A stretch of DNA of 64,000 bases from Candidatus Poribacteria bacterium (lineage in GTDB: Bacteria > Poribacteria > WGA-4E > WGA-3G), in contig CAXXLX010000001.1 of the NCBI GenBank assembly GCA_963665235.2, forward strand, positions 1,280,001 through 1,344,000, given 5' to 3'. Under the pieces are notes generated by a model. That model was not told the DNA's origin and ran no database searches. It saw nothing but the letters and a program-made list of their open reading frames with translations. Position numbers and translations under genes: made by a program. This document shows, piece after piece, positions 10,801 through 19,082 of this stretch; position 1 is the first letter of the stretch, and each line of letters opens with the position of its first letter.

Positions 10801-12344
10801 CGCCGCATCACGACATCTATTCAATTGAAGATCTTTCACAGCTCATCTATGACCTGAAGCAGGTCAACCCGCGTGCGAAAGTCGCCGTAAAATTGGTATC
10901 GGAATTCATGGTTGGAACGATTGCATCGGGTGTTGCGAAGGGTTATGCAGATGTTATTCAAATTAGTGGGCATGAAGGTGGTACGGGGGCTTCACCGCTC
11001 AGCTCCATCAAAAATGCTGGTACCCCCTGGGAGCTGGGGCTTGCTGAAACGCAACGGAGTCTTGTAGAAAATGAATTACGCGCTCGGGTTGTGCTACGGG
11101 TTGATGGCGGCATGCGGTCCGGACGGGATATTGTCATCGCGGCGATGTTAGGGGCAGAGGAATACGGCTTCGGCACAACAGCGATGGTAGCTACCGGATG
11201 TATAATGGCGCGGCAATGCCACTTGAATACCTGTCCGGTAGGTGTTGCTACGCAAGACCCGGCACTGCGTGCGAAGTACCCTGGCACGCCTGAAATGGTT
11301 GTCAACTTTATGCTCGGTGTAGCGAATGAGGTTCGGGCAATTCTGGCAAATTTAGGGCATACCTGCCTAGACGATGTGATTGGCCGCCCGGAATTGCTGG
11401 AACTTGCTGACTTAGGGGAGCATCCAAAGGCAACGAAGCTCGATTTGGCAGAAATTCTGATGCCAGCGGATGACACCGGAACGCAACCGAGACATCATAC
11501 CCAAGAACGAAACGAGCGGATTGACACACCCTTGGACGACCGAATTCTGACAGATGCCGAGGCAGCAATTGCAAACAAAACCCCTATTCAGTTGTCATAT
11601 CCGATACGGAACATCCACCGGACAGTTGGCGCGAAGTTATCAGGTGAAATAGCGTTCCGATATGGGGATACCCCGTTGCCCAAAGCGACTATTCGGTGCC
11701 ACTTTAAGGGCAGCGCGGGGCAGAGCTTCGGGGCATTTTGTATCAACGGGGTTCAACTCGTTTTAACAGGTGAAGCGAACGATTATGTCGGAAAAGGCAT
11801 GGCGGGTGGTGAAGTTGTTATCAAACCGTCGCCTGATGCAAATTTCCAAACGCACCGAAACGCGATTATCGGGAACACCGTGTTATATGGTGCAACAGAT
11901 GGTGCTCTCTACGCAGCGGGCAGGGCAGGCGAACGGTTCTGTGTTCGGAACAGTGGAGCCACCGCGGTTATCGAAGGAATTGGCGACCACGGGTGTGAAT
12001 ATATGACAGGGGGCGTTGTTGTCATTTTAGGCGAAACGGGACGGAACTTCGGGGCAGGCATGACAGGCGGGGTCGCCTACGTGCTTGACGAAAACCACCG
12101 ATTCGAGAAAAAATACAACGCGCAACTCGTTACGTTAGAACGTGTCACGGAAAAAGTGGACACAGATAAACTGATGAGGCTGATACAGAAGCATTTAGAG
12201 CTGACAGGCAGTCAGCGCGCGGCGGACATTCTGACGCATTGGGATACGTTCTGTTCAGACTTTTGGAAGGTTGTCGTGCCACCGCCGCCGCCGCTCCCTG
12301 CACAAACGCCACGGCTGCGAAAACGCACCCCTCGGAAGCGTTGA
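7851..12344 (+). CDS. gltB: Glutamate synthase large subunit (start 7851 or 7863)
   Basis: EKDACGVGFVA Ntn-amidotransferase start, HQRYSTNT, EIKMAQGSKPGEGGQ, CIMARQCHLNTCPVG 3Fe-4S motif, GXGXG C-terminal domain. Confidence 0.97.
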   Translation: MSLQMHDNLYEKDACGVGFVANRSGSRSHAILKMAIQAVTNLTHRGAVAADAKTGDGAGILTQIPEKLFRKELEKLGGHVASIHDLAVGMIFFPGDAPAAQERGRTIVADMLKQYGFPLLGWRSVPVDTSALGEQALATLPLIEQVLIGRPSHIPTARFEQRLYLLCKELEHRITEEALDGFHIASFSNRTIVYKGLLVAPQLAHFYPDLRDPDFEAALAVFHQRYSTNTSPTWALAQPFRMLAHNGEINTLMGNRNWMRAREGALESPVWNEDIQRLVPIITPHGSDSMSLDNVLELLAHSDRSILHSMMCLMPEAYEQIPDMSAELKACYEYLSCVSEPWDGPAAIAFTDGYIVGASLDRNGLRPARYKVTDEGIVVMGSEVGIIELDDKCIVQKGRLGPGQMIAVDTSRGQLLTNTTIKDEVAHQKPYTAWVKQGILMETLTPEAPGTLTPVPENLAQQQKAFGYMIEDVERFIKPMVTQVKEAVGSMGDDTPPAVISRHPRLLYHYFKQLFAQVTNPAIDSLRERLVMSLTTCLGKRHSLLTETEAHAHLIRLTSPVLTSEELRALQTQTLPDFRTATLPVRFPVDSGPQGLEKALDTLCANVLDAVNSRKTLIVLSDKGVNAEFAPIPMLLAIGSVHHHLIREGKRMQVSLIAEAGDPREEHHFSVLLGYGADAINPYLAFATIAELAEQGELEDLSAAQAIQNYKSTVEKGILKIMAKMGISTVSSYRGAQIFEAIGINSAVIERCFTGTPSRLGGIGFEDIAAETLHFHTKAFPVADAPEPLKEAGYFRFRRHGEFHAFNPTVFKALHKFVKSGEAEDYMQYAAAVEEGEPSSLRDLLTFKPGTSIPIEEVESAEDIVRRFTTGSMSFGALSRETHETLAVAMNRLGAKSGSGEGGEDSGRFKERPNGDLASSAIKQVASGRFGVTPQYLASARELEIKMAQGSKPGEGGQIPGHKVTSEIAKIRHSIPGVPLISPPPHHDIYSIEDLSQLIYDLKQVNPRAKVAVKLVSEFMVGTIASGVAKGYADVIQISGHEGGTGASPLSSIKNAGTPWELGLAETQRSLVENELRARVVLRVDGGMRSGRDIVIAAMLGAEEYGFGTTAMVATGCIMARQCHLNTCPVGVATQDPALRAKYPGTPEMVVNFMLGVANEVRAILANLGHTCLDDVIGRPELLELADLGEHPKATKLDLAEILMPADDTGTQPRHHTQERNERIDTPLDDRILTDAEAAIANKTPIQLSYPIRNIHRTVGAKLSGEIAFRYGDTPLPKATIRCHFKGSAGQSFGAFCINGVQLVLTGEANDYVGKGMAGGEVVIKPSPDANFQTHRNAIIGNTVLYGATDGALYAAGRAGERFCVRNSGATAVIEGIGDHGCEYMTGGVVVILGETGRNFGAGMTGGVAYVLDENHRFEKKYNAQLVTLERVTEKVDTDKLMRLIQKHLELTGSQRAADILTHWDTFCSDFWKVVVPPPPPLPAQTPRLRKRTPRKR

Positions 12345-12361
12345 GCCGCGTCCCTCGTTGC

Positions 12362-12398
12362 AATAAAAAAGGGCAGCATTCGCTGCCCTTTTTTTATT
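12362..12398. terminator. Bidirectional rho-independent terminator
   Basis: aataaaaaa-gggcagc-attc-gctgccc-tttttttatt between convergent gltB and exbD. Confidence 0.85.
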
Positions 12399-12470
12399 CC
12401 ATGTGAAAATGTGGCATCAGCGTACGGTTTCGTAGGCAAGTAATGCCAAACCTTTCGGGTTAGAGAAACC

Positions 12471-12896
12471 TCACTGATCTTGTTCCGCGACGGCGAAAGC
12501 AATTTCTAGACCTTCCCTTTTGGCCGAGCGCATCTTTGCTCTTTCGACCACGTCAATGACAACGCCATGTTTCGCCCGCTTATCAGCCTTTATAATTAAA
12601 GTGCTAATTTGATGTTCGTGTGCGGCGATAAAAATTTCCATGTCCTCTAAGGTTAACATCTCTTGGTCATCAATAGCGATTCGGCCGTCAGTGCTGATAT
12701 GCAGATTATATTTTTTACGCGGAAATTCGTGTTGGGTTGAGGAATCCGGTAATGTGATAGTAAAAGGCGGGGGTACCCGCATAATGGCAGAAACCATGAA
12801 AAAGATGAGCAATAGAAAGACACAATCAATCATAGGTGCCATCGGTATATCATCATCACTAGAAGTATTCCGTCTGCGTTTCATCTGGAGTGCCAT
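12471..12896 (-). CDS. exbD: Biopolymer transport protein ExbD/TolR
   Basis: MAPMIDCVFLLLIFFMV; IIKADKRAKHGVVIDVV. Confidence 0.9.
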   Translation of the reverse strand: MALQMKRRRNTSSDDDIPMAPMIDCVFLLLIFFMVSAIMRVPPPFTITLPDSSTQHEFPRKKYNLHISTDGRIAIDDQEMLTLEDMEIFIAAHEHQISTLIIKADKRAKHGVVIDVVERAKMRSAKREGLEIAFAVAEQDQ

Positions 12897-12934
12897 GTGC
12901 GTTCTCCTTTGCTAAGTGTAGTCGGTAAGGTATG

Positions 12935-13384
12935 TCAGTTTCGGGCGACAACAGCGAACCCAATTTTATCGATACCTGACTGTTTGGCGATATCCATGAC
13001 TCGGACGATTTGTTCATGAAGTACATCGCGTTCGGATTGGATGATGAGCATGTTTTTTTCTTCATCGGTTGAGTTGATAAAGCGGTTAAACATTTCATCA
13101 AATTGTACAACGTCTTCATTTAAGACCATAGTGCCTTCAAGTTGTCCGGGGTCAGGATTAGCGATTCTGACAATAAGTCCTTTCGGTTTATCGGTAGAAG
13201 GTTTTCCCGGTGGGGGCAGTTGGACTCGGAGTCCCGGCATGGGTGCGAAAGTTGTCGAGACCATGAAGAAAATCAGGAGCAGGAACACACAATCAATCAT
13301 AGGTGCCATACTGAGGGTAGGTGCTTTCCGTTCGCGCATTCGTGTTGCTAGTAGGCTCAATTTGGCTTCACCGAGTTGTTGCAT
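12935..13384 (-). CDS. exbD: Biopolymer transport protein ExbD/TolR
   Basis: MAPMIDCVFLLLIFFMVSTTF; VRVMDIAKQSG. Confidence 0.9.
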   Translation of the reverse strand: MQQLGEAKLSLLATRMRERKAPTLSMAPMIDCVFLLLIFFMVSTTFAPMPGLRVQLPPPGKPSTDKPKGLIVRIANPDPGQLEGTMVLNEDVVQFDEMFNRFINSTDEEKNMLIIQSERDVLHEQIVRVMDIAKQSGIDKIGFAVVARN

Positions 13385-13445
13385 TTCAGGTTTCTCCTTT
13401 CATATTTGGGTATGGGCGAGCAGTTAAGGCTCGCCCTGCCATAGA

Positions 13446-14522
13446 TTAAGCGTTAGCGTCTCCATCCCCGATAACGAGCTGGTTGACAATTTCTGTGGAA
13501 ACCTGCGAAATTTCAACCATGTGTCTATTAACCCAGCTATCAAAGAGTTGGAAGAAAATGAGGCACGGGATAGCAATTGTTAAGCCACCTGCGGTTGTGA
13601 GCAGTGCCTGTGAGATACCACCTGCAAGCTGTTGCGGGTCTCCAGTCCCCTCAAGGGCGATAGTCGTAAAGGCATTAATCATACCTGTCACAGTACCGAG
13701 GAGTCCAAAGAGCGGTGATACAACAGCAACTGTGCCCAGTACGGGGAGGTTTCTTTCCAATTCGGGAATTTCGAGAAGACTTGCTTCTTCAATAGCTTCT
13801 TGGATTTCCTCTTTGGTGATGTCCCGTTCTTCAATTTGGGCTTGACTGTATCTAAGCAATCCGGCTTTGAGTACGTTGGCAAGTGGGCCTCCGGCTTCTT
13901 CACATGTTGATACCGCTTCCATAATATTTTCTTGTCGCAATGAGTCGGCAATACTTGCGATGAACTGTTCTGTACCGATTCTGGAACGGCTGCGTACAAA
14001 GGTGAAAAGCCTTTCAATAATGAAGGTTAACGCTGTGACAGAGCAAATTGCCAATGGCCAAAAGACGAATCCAAATTTCTGGAAAAATGAGAGGATTGTG
14101 TCTTTTTTGGTCATTTTGAGTTGGACGTAGTGGTCACCATTGTTTACAACCGTGACAGCTTTACCGAGTCGTTCATTGTAGTTCTCTCTGAAGATGCTGA
14201 TCAGGTAGCGTCCAGCAGGAATGCTGGAGTGTTCAAAGGTGCCAGTATCATCAGATGTTGCAGTAAATTTTTGCTCGTCGGTTCCGACGATTTCCACGGT
14301 AACGCCTTCGATGGGGTTTCGTTGTGGGGTGGTATCAAAGATTTCACCTCGGACTGTCCCGCCGGTGCCCATAATGTCGCCAACCACTTCGGCTTCACCG
14401 GCTTCACCGGCTTCACCGGCTTCACCGGCTTCTTCGGTGGGTGCTTCCTCTTGCGCGATGGCGATTCCAAAGGACATACCGATACAAGCAATTAGCATTA
14501 AAATTAAACTCAAACGTTTCAT
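13446..14522 (-). CDS. exbB: MotA/TolQ/ExbB proton channel with N-terminal carboxypeptidase-regulatory-like beta domain
   Basis: Signal peptide; TVRGEIFD..PIEGVTVEI..ATSDDTGTF..PAGRY domain; SPLFGLLGTVTGMI and GGISQALLTTAGGL. Confidence 0.88.
   Translation of the reverse strand: MKRLSLILMLIACIGMSFGIAIAQEEAPTEEAGEAGEAGEAGEAEVVGDIMGTGGTVRGEIFDTTPQRNPIEGVTVEIVGTDEQKFTATSDDTGTFEHSSIPAGRYLISIFRENYNERLGKAVTVVNNGDHYVQLKMTKKDTILSFFQKFGFVFWPLAICSVTALTFIIERLFTFVRSRSRIGTEQFIASIADSLRQENIMEAVSTCEEAGGPLANVLKAGLLRYSQAQIEERDITKEEIQEAIEEASLLEIPELERNLPVLGTVAVVSPLFGLLGTVTGMINAFTTIALEGTGDPQQLAGGISQALLTTAGGLTIAIPCLIFFQLFDSWVNRHMVEISQVSTEIVNQLVIGDGDANA
14390..14432. repeat. 9-bp tandem repeat (cggcttcac, about 4.8 copies) encoding an AGE linker in ExbB
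   Basis: Direct inspection. Confidence 0.85.
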
Positions 14523-14725
14523 TCGTTCTATTCCTCCTTTAAGGAACTTTCTGATGTTTGCTAGTAAGTCTTTAAGTTAAAACACCTGAGTGTTTGAAAA
14601 GTTACGGACTTTTCTGTCAGGTTTCAGTTAGTTTTGAAACAAATAGGATTGCGGATTAGCTGGACATGTAATTGTAGAGCGTGTGTCCAGCTATCCACTG
14701 TTGCGAAAATGTTTGTTTCCTCGGT

Positions 14726-17700
14726 TTAGAATCCCATCATTGCTCTAACGAAGGTAGTATTACTAGTAGCGTTTTTGAGCAAGACAGTTGTATTTCTGTA
14801 TCCTGCGAGGATAACGATATTGAAACCGAGCCAGTCTCCTCTATTGATGGCTTGAATTTCAAAGATACGGGTTCGAAGGTCCTGTCGGAAGCGGTCTGGT
14901 GCTTCTTGGTCGGCAGGGAATTTCGACAGATATTCTCTAAAGTTTTTATCCCTATTGGTAAATTTCCTATATTGGAATCCGCCGAGGATGTTCATCCGCT
15001 GTGTGAACTGATAATCTAGTCGAACTCCGAGTACATCTTCTCTACTTCTGCGATTGAATCGGAGGTATTCAATAGGTTCATCATCAGTTGGTTGGAAGAA
15101 TCGCGGGTTAAGTACCGTAGGTATTTCTTCAGCAGTTCTGTCGAAGGCACGGTCCCAAATGTATTTGACCATGGGTGTTAGGGTTAGGTCTTCGCCGATT
15201 CTGTCAACAAACGGTAGGTCTCCGAGCGGTATTTCATATCTTGCTTTGAGAATAGTTTGTTGGCTGCGAACGTTTCGTTCTGGGTACCGTCGTCCTTTCC
15301 AGTTTCCGGAGTCATATATTAATCCGGTATCATCTGGATTGAGGGCGTTTAATCCGTGGTCAGGATAAAACGGGAATTCGCGTATGCCGCCGGATGTTCG
15401 GACCTGCTCAATAGGTACGAGAAAGTCAACGCGTTCATCCGGTTCAAAGTCGCCTGTAACTTCATCGTGTTCGACATCTAGGAAGATTGCTTCCTCTTGT
15501 TCCTGCTCAAGTTGTTTTTGAAGGATAACAAGGAACTTGGCTTCAAGGGTCAAGTTAGGTATAGCGGTATAAAGGAATTGAAGCGTTGTGGTATTGACAC
15601 GCGCATTATAGAAATCCAATTCGTCTGAGACTTGGGTTTCATTCAATTCAAAGGGCCGCAGGGTGTATGTATAATCCGGGATATCGTCTCGTACGCGGAC
15701 GAATCGGTTTTGGAAGATAATTGTTCCAAAATCGGGTATATCCCGTTGATATGTTACGTGTAGGTATCTGGAGTCGTTTTGGCGTCGGCTTGAGACCTCA
15801 CTTTCGTTGAGCCATCCGAGCCGGAGGGAGAGGTTATCAAGCAAGTCATATTCTACAATAAGATGATATCCTTCTCGGTCGATGCCGTATTCATATTGGG
15901 GTTCAAAATCGTCCTCAAGAGAATCGATGACACCATTGTTATTAAGGTCAATGAGGTCGGTGTAAATAGGCGGATCGGCTTCAAAGATAAAGAAATCTTC
16001 TTGGAAGTCTAATCTCCCGTTTTGGTCTCTGTCATCTGCGCGGGGGAGGACTCCATCAAAGTCGACATCATCTGGCCAATCATCATCATCATCGTCATCT
16101 TCGATGAGCGTATAATTGGTCAGGTCCCACGGAGCTCCATCTAATGTCGGCGGGGTTCGTGGTAAATTATAGAGTTCATCCCTTGCGCCGAAAGCCCCGA
16201 AGTTGAGATAAGTGGTTGTGTACCCTGGGTCGATATGGTACCAAACCCCTTCCAGATAAAGTTTTCCGAATCGGGATTTGAGCTGTACGAACCAGGCGGT
16301 TTCTCTACCGAGTTGTCCATCGCCATCCACATCTGTTCCATCTCCGCCGAGGTGTGCTTCAAAACGTTCCCCTTCGGTTTCGGAGTAGGTTGGTATTCCA
16401 CTTGCATCTACTGGGAGTCCGGTGGCGGGGTCAATAGAAATGCCGGTGGGCTGTTCATCAGTCGCGTCCCCGATAATGCTATCCTCAACCTGAATGGTCT
16501 CTTTGAGTCGAGAGAATCCGATTTGGTTTTTGGGGATGGTCGGGTACTGTTTGTATTTCCCGTTAATGGAGTAGTGTGCCCTGATGAACACATTTCCAAC
16601 GGTTCCCTCAAGATCGAGCCCGTAAAGGAGGGCGGCACGCGCTGCTCCGTATCGGTATTGAACTTTCCGGGGTTTACCTTCCCCTTCCCAGGCACTCGGG
16701 TTATCAGCGAGGTTTTCTCGGTTTTCGGTATAATCGGAGGATTGCCCGTAATTCCCAGGTGCCTGAATGATATCGCGATACGGTATTTGAATATGGCCAT
16801 CTTCCGTTTTTATCCATTCCGAATCTTCGGCCCCTTGGTTTGCACTACTTAGCCCGATAACAGCGATATTGTAATCTCCAGCAACGATCATGTCAAAAAC
16901 AACGGATTTGACAGTGCGAGGGTCGATGTCATGGTCATCAAAAACGAGGTCATATTTCATTCGATTGAAACCTTCAGCAATTTTCCATTCGCCATCAACG
17001 GATTCCTTGAGTCTATCACTCGGATCTGCGGGAACGATTTCATCCATGAAAATTTCGAGAGATTGCTTCTCTTCTGGGAGGGTTTCCGGTTCAATACCGG
17101 CATCCCTATCCTCTTGGGTTATTTCTTCAAGTTCTTGGGTGACAATAGTGACTGTAACCTTTCTGACAGCAGCACCGACGCCGCCCTGAATTTTATCGCT
17201 GTGTAGGTCTGCACTGTATCCCTCAAAATCGGTAATTTCAGCGATGTGATTATCTTCGGGGGAATCATCACGGAAGATAAGGGTGATTGTCTCAGGGGGT
17301 GTATTGGCAACGGTTCCGTGCAGTGGATTTTCCACTCGCTCTGGGTGTTCCTTACGTAAGTTGATATAAGTGAATCCAACTCGGAAAACGTCACCTAGGA
17401 GGCCTTGTCCCCGGAAACCGATGAGCCGTGAGTTTTCAAGGTGCCGTACTCCTGCATCTGCGTTGAGTCCATTTCGGCGGCCGAGGGAGGGTGAGAGGTC
17501 TGGGGGCTCTCCAATGTTGATTGGGTTAGAGATGCGTGAATTGAGGAGCGTAAAGAGGTGCCGCTCTTGTGCGAACGAGATATCCCACCGAAACCCATCA
17601 AACTCATTTTTGAACATAATATATCTGTTCGGGAATAAGGTAGCGGGCTTGATACGCAAATGGTCTCCGATTGCAAACTCGGTATATCGCCCTCGGTACG

Positions 17701-18043
17701 CATCTTCTGTTAAGATAGTCCGGTCCAATTGAACTGCATAACGGACAGTATCTAACTGGCCGGTGCGCCCAATAATCAATTCACCGTTGCGGTCAAATTC
17801 TTTTTCCTCAACGTATTGATTGACTTCATGTCCTTCCAAAAGCTCTTTTCCGAAGAGGTCATAGAAAAACTGGGGTTCCTCGTTCAATTGGAAGCGGTCT
17901 GAGAATTTAGCATCCGCGTCAATTGTAGGCAAGAGGGGTTCCTGCGGGCCGAGGCTTTGCGCGCCACAACCGTAAAGGATAAATCCACTCAGGATGCAAG
18001 TTAATACAAGTAAAATATCACTTGTTCGTTTTAGCATGTTCAT
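14726..18043 (-). CDS. Large acidic lipoprotein / probable outer-membrane beta-barrel protein with Ca-binding-like motifs
   Basis: Lipobox ILYG-C; DVDGDG, DRDQNG, DLNNNG motifs and poly-Asp; amphipathic strands; terminal FVRAMMGF. Confidence 0.65.
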   Translation of the reverse strand: MNMLKRTSDILLVLTCILSGFILYGCGAQSLGPQEPLLPTIDADAKFSDRFQLNEEPQFFYDLFGKELLEGHEVNQYVEEKEFDRNGELIIGRTGQLDTVRYAVQLDRTILTEDAYRGRYTEFAIGDHLRIKPATLFPNRYIMFKNEFDGFRWDISFAQERHLFTLLNSRISNPINIGEPPDLSPSLGRRNGLNADAGVRHLENSRLIGFRGQGLLGDVFRVGFTYINLRKEHPERVENPLHGTVANTPPETITLIFRDDSPEDNHIAEITDFEGYSADLHSDKIQGGVGAAVRKVTVTIVTQELEEITQEDRDAGIEPETLPEEKQSLEIFMDEIVPADPSDRLKESVDGEWKIAEGFNRMKYDLVFDDHDIDPRTVKSVVFDMIVAGDYNIAVIGLSSANQGAEDSEWIKTEDGHIQIPYRDIIQAPGNYGQSSDYTENRENLADNPSAWEGEGKPRKVQYRYGAARAALLYGLDLEGTVGNVFIRAHYSINGKYKQYPTIPKNQIGFSRLKETIQVEDSIIGDATDEQPTGISIDPATGLPVDASGIPTYSETEGERFEAHLGGDGTDVDGDGQLGRETAWFVQLKSRFGKLYLEGVWYHIDPGYTTTYLNFGAFGARDELYNLPRTPPTLDGAPWDLTNYTLIEDDDDDDDWPDDVDFDGVLPRADDRDQNGRLDFQEDFFIFEADPPIYTDLIDLNNNGVIDSLEDDFEPQYEYGIDREGYHLIVEYDLLDNLSLRLGWLNESEVSSRRQNDSRYLHVTYQRDIPDFGTIIFQNRFVRVRDDIPDYTYTLRPFELNETQVSDELDFYNARVNTTTLQFLYTAIPNLTLEAKFLVILQKQLEQEQEEAIFLDVEHDEVTGDFEPDERVDFLVPIEQVRTSGGIREFPFYPDHGLNALNPDDTGLIYDSGNWKGRRYPERNVRSQQTILKARYEIPLGDLPFVDRIGEDLTLTPMVKYIWDRAFDRTAEEIPTVLNPRFFQPTDDEPIEYLRFNRRSREDVLGVRLDYQFTQRMNILGGFQYRKFTNRDKNFREYLSKFPADQEAPDRFRQDLRTRIFEIQAINRGDWLGFNIVILAGYRNTTVLLKNATSNTTFVRAMMGF

Positions 18044-18507
18044 TAGTTTAGTCTTCCTCCTTAGGGAATAATTAGCTCAGATATTCGGTTACCTGCCTTC
18101 GGCAGCTAAGATGTGATGCCGAGTTGAAGGTAGGCCGGAGTCCGGCTCCAAAAAACCTTAAAAATGGTCAGATTCTATAATGTTTGTAAACGAAGAGCAG
18201 CAGATATCCGTTATTAGCTACAGAAAAACTACTATGCCCTGAATCGGTAGAACACACTCTTCGATTTACACGGGTGTTGCCTAATTGATGATATGATACT
18301 CGGATTGAAAATCACGCTTGTCCCGTGTTCCGTTCATCAGTTAGTAGTGATATCAGTATCTTCGTTTTGGCAACACCCTTCAATTTGCAGTATACCTTAA
18401 CTTCACTTCCCGATTGTGAGAATGCAGGTGTCTGCAAGCAAGTTCCTTTCCACTGAATTAAGGGGTCGTCTTAGCAGAAATTGACAAAACTTCCACAAAA
18501 GAACTAT

Positions 18508-18878
18508 TTGACATACTCTCCCAGCTAAAGCGAGGGAGATTCTTTTGAAGGATTTCCATAGCTTTAGCTATTGGATTGTGGTATCATCGAGCGTTGCTTG
18601 CGCGTTGCTGTCCAAAAAGGACTTCATAGGACAGGTCTAACACGCTCTACTCCAAAGGACAATGCCCTGCCCTTGTGCTTTCGCACCTTATTTTAGGAGC
18701 GGCCTGTTGGTTTCCCTGTAGTCGGAAACCCTCCCGCTCCTCTTACTGTCCGAATCGATGCTTTGGTATCTAATGCAGCATTACCCATGTTTTAAATACC
18801 GATAGTAAGCACGATTTCAACTTATGCACCGCTACTACATCCCCTCCTAAAGGACGAGGTTTTGTAGCGGAGGATTTG
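18508..18878 (-). mobile_element. Non-autonomous IS200/IS605 derivative (PATE-like), no ORF, omega-RNA-like 3' half
   Basis: Minus strand: target TTAG then LE caaatcctccgctacaAAAC-ctcgtcctttaggagggg; RE aaGAAT-ctccctcgctttagctgggagag-tatgTCAA. Guide/cleavage tetramer pairs AAAC/TTAG and GAAT/TCAA obey the IS608 pairing rule. Confidence 0.8.
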
Positions 18879-18889
18879 CTAACATATTT

Positions 18890-18918
18890 AAAATAGCATA
18901 GATACAATTTTTCGTCAA
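18890..18918 (-). promoter_or_regulatory. Sigma70-type promoter firing into the mini-IS and downstream exbBD operon
   Basis: Minus strand TTGACG-17 nt-TATTTT with extended TG. Confidence 0.55.
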
Positions 18919-19082
18919 GAAAAAAAAGATTGAATTCCAGGGTTATTTAGTTTTGGGTTTTTCCAAGCGAATTGAACCGATTGTTGCAAGCACAGTTCGC
19001 TCTTGAGAAGCGGGCTGCTTGCCCGAATACTATAAGAGAACACTTGAAAAGACGACGAAAAATATGAAGATTCAATTTAATT

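Noticed and set aside
18044-18507. Cobalamin riboswitch upstream of the exbBD operon
   Set aside because: B12-box and GCCACTG/GGGAAG arrangement not found
18508-18878. Group I intron (IStron)
   Set aside because: Could not identify P7 or other catalytic core motifs, and the element is intergenic
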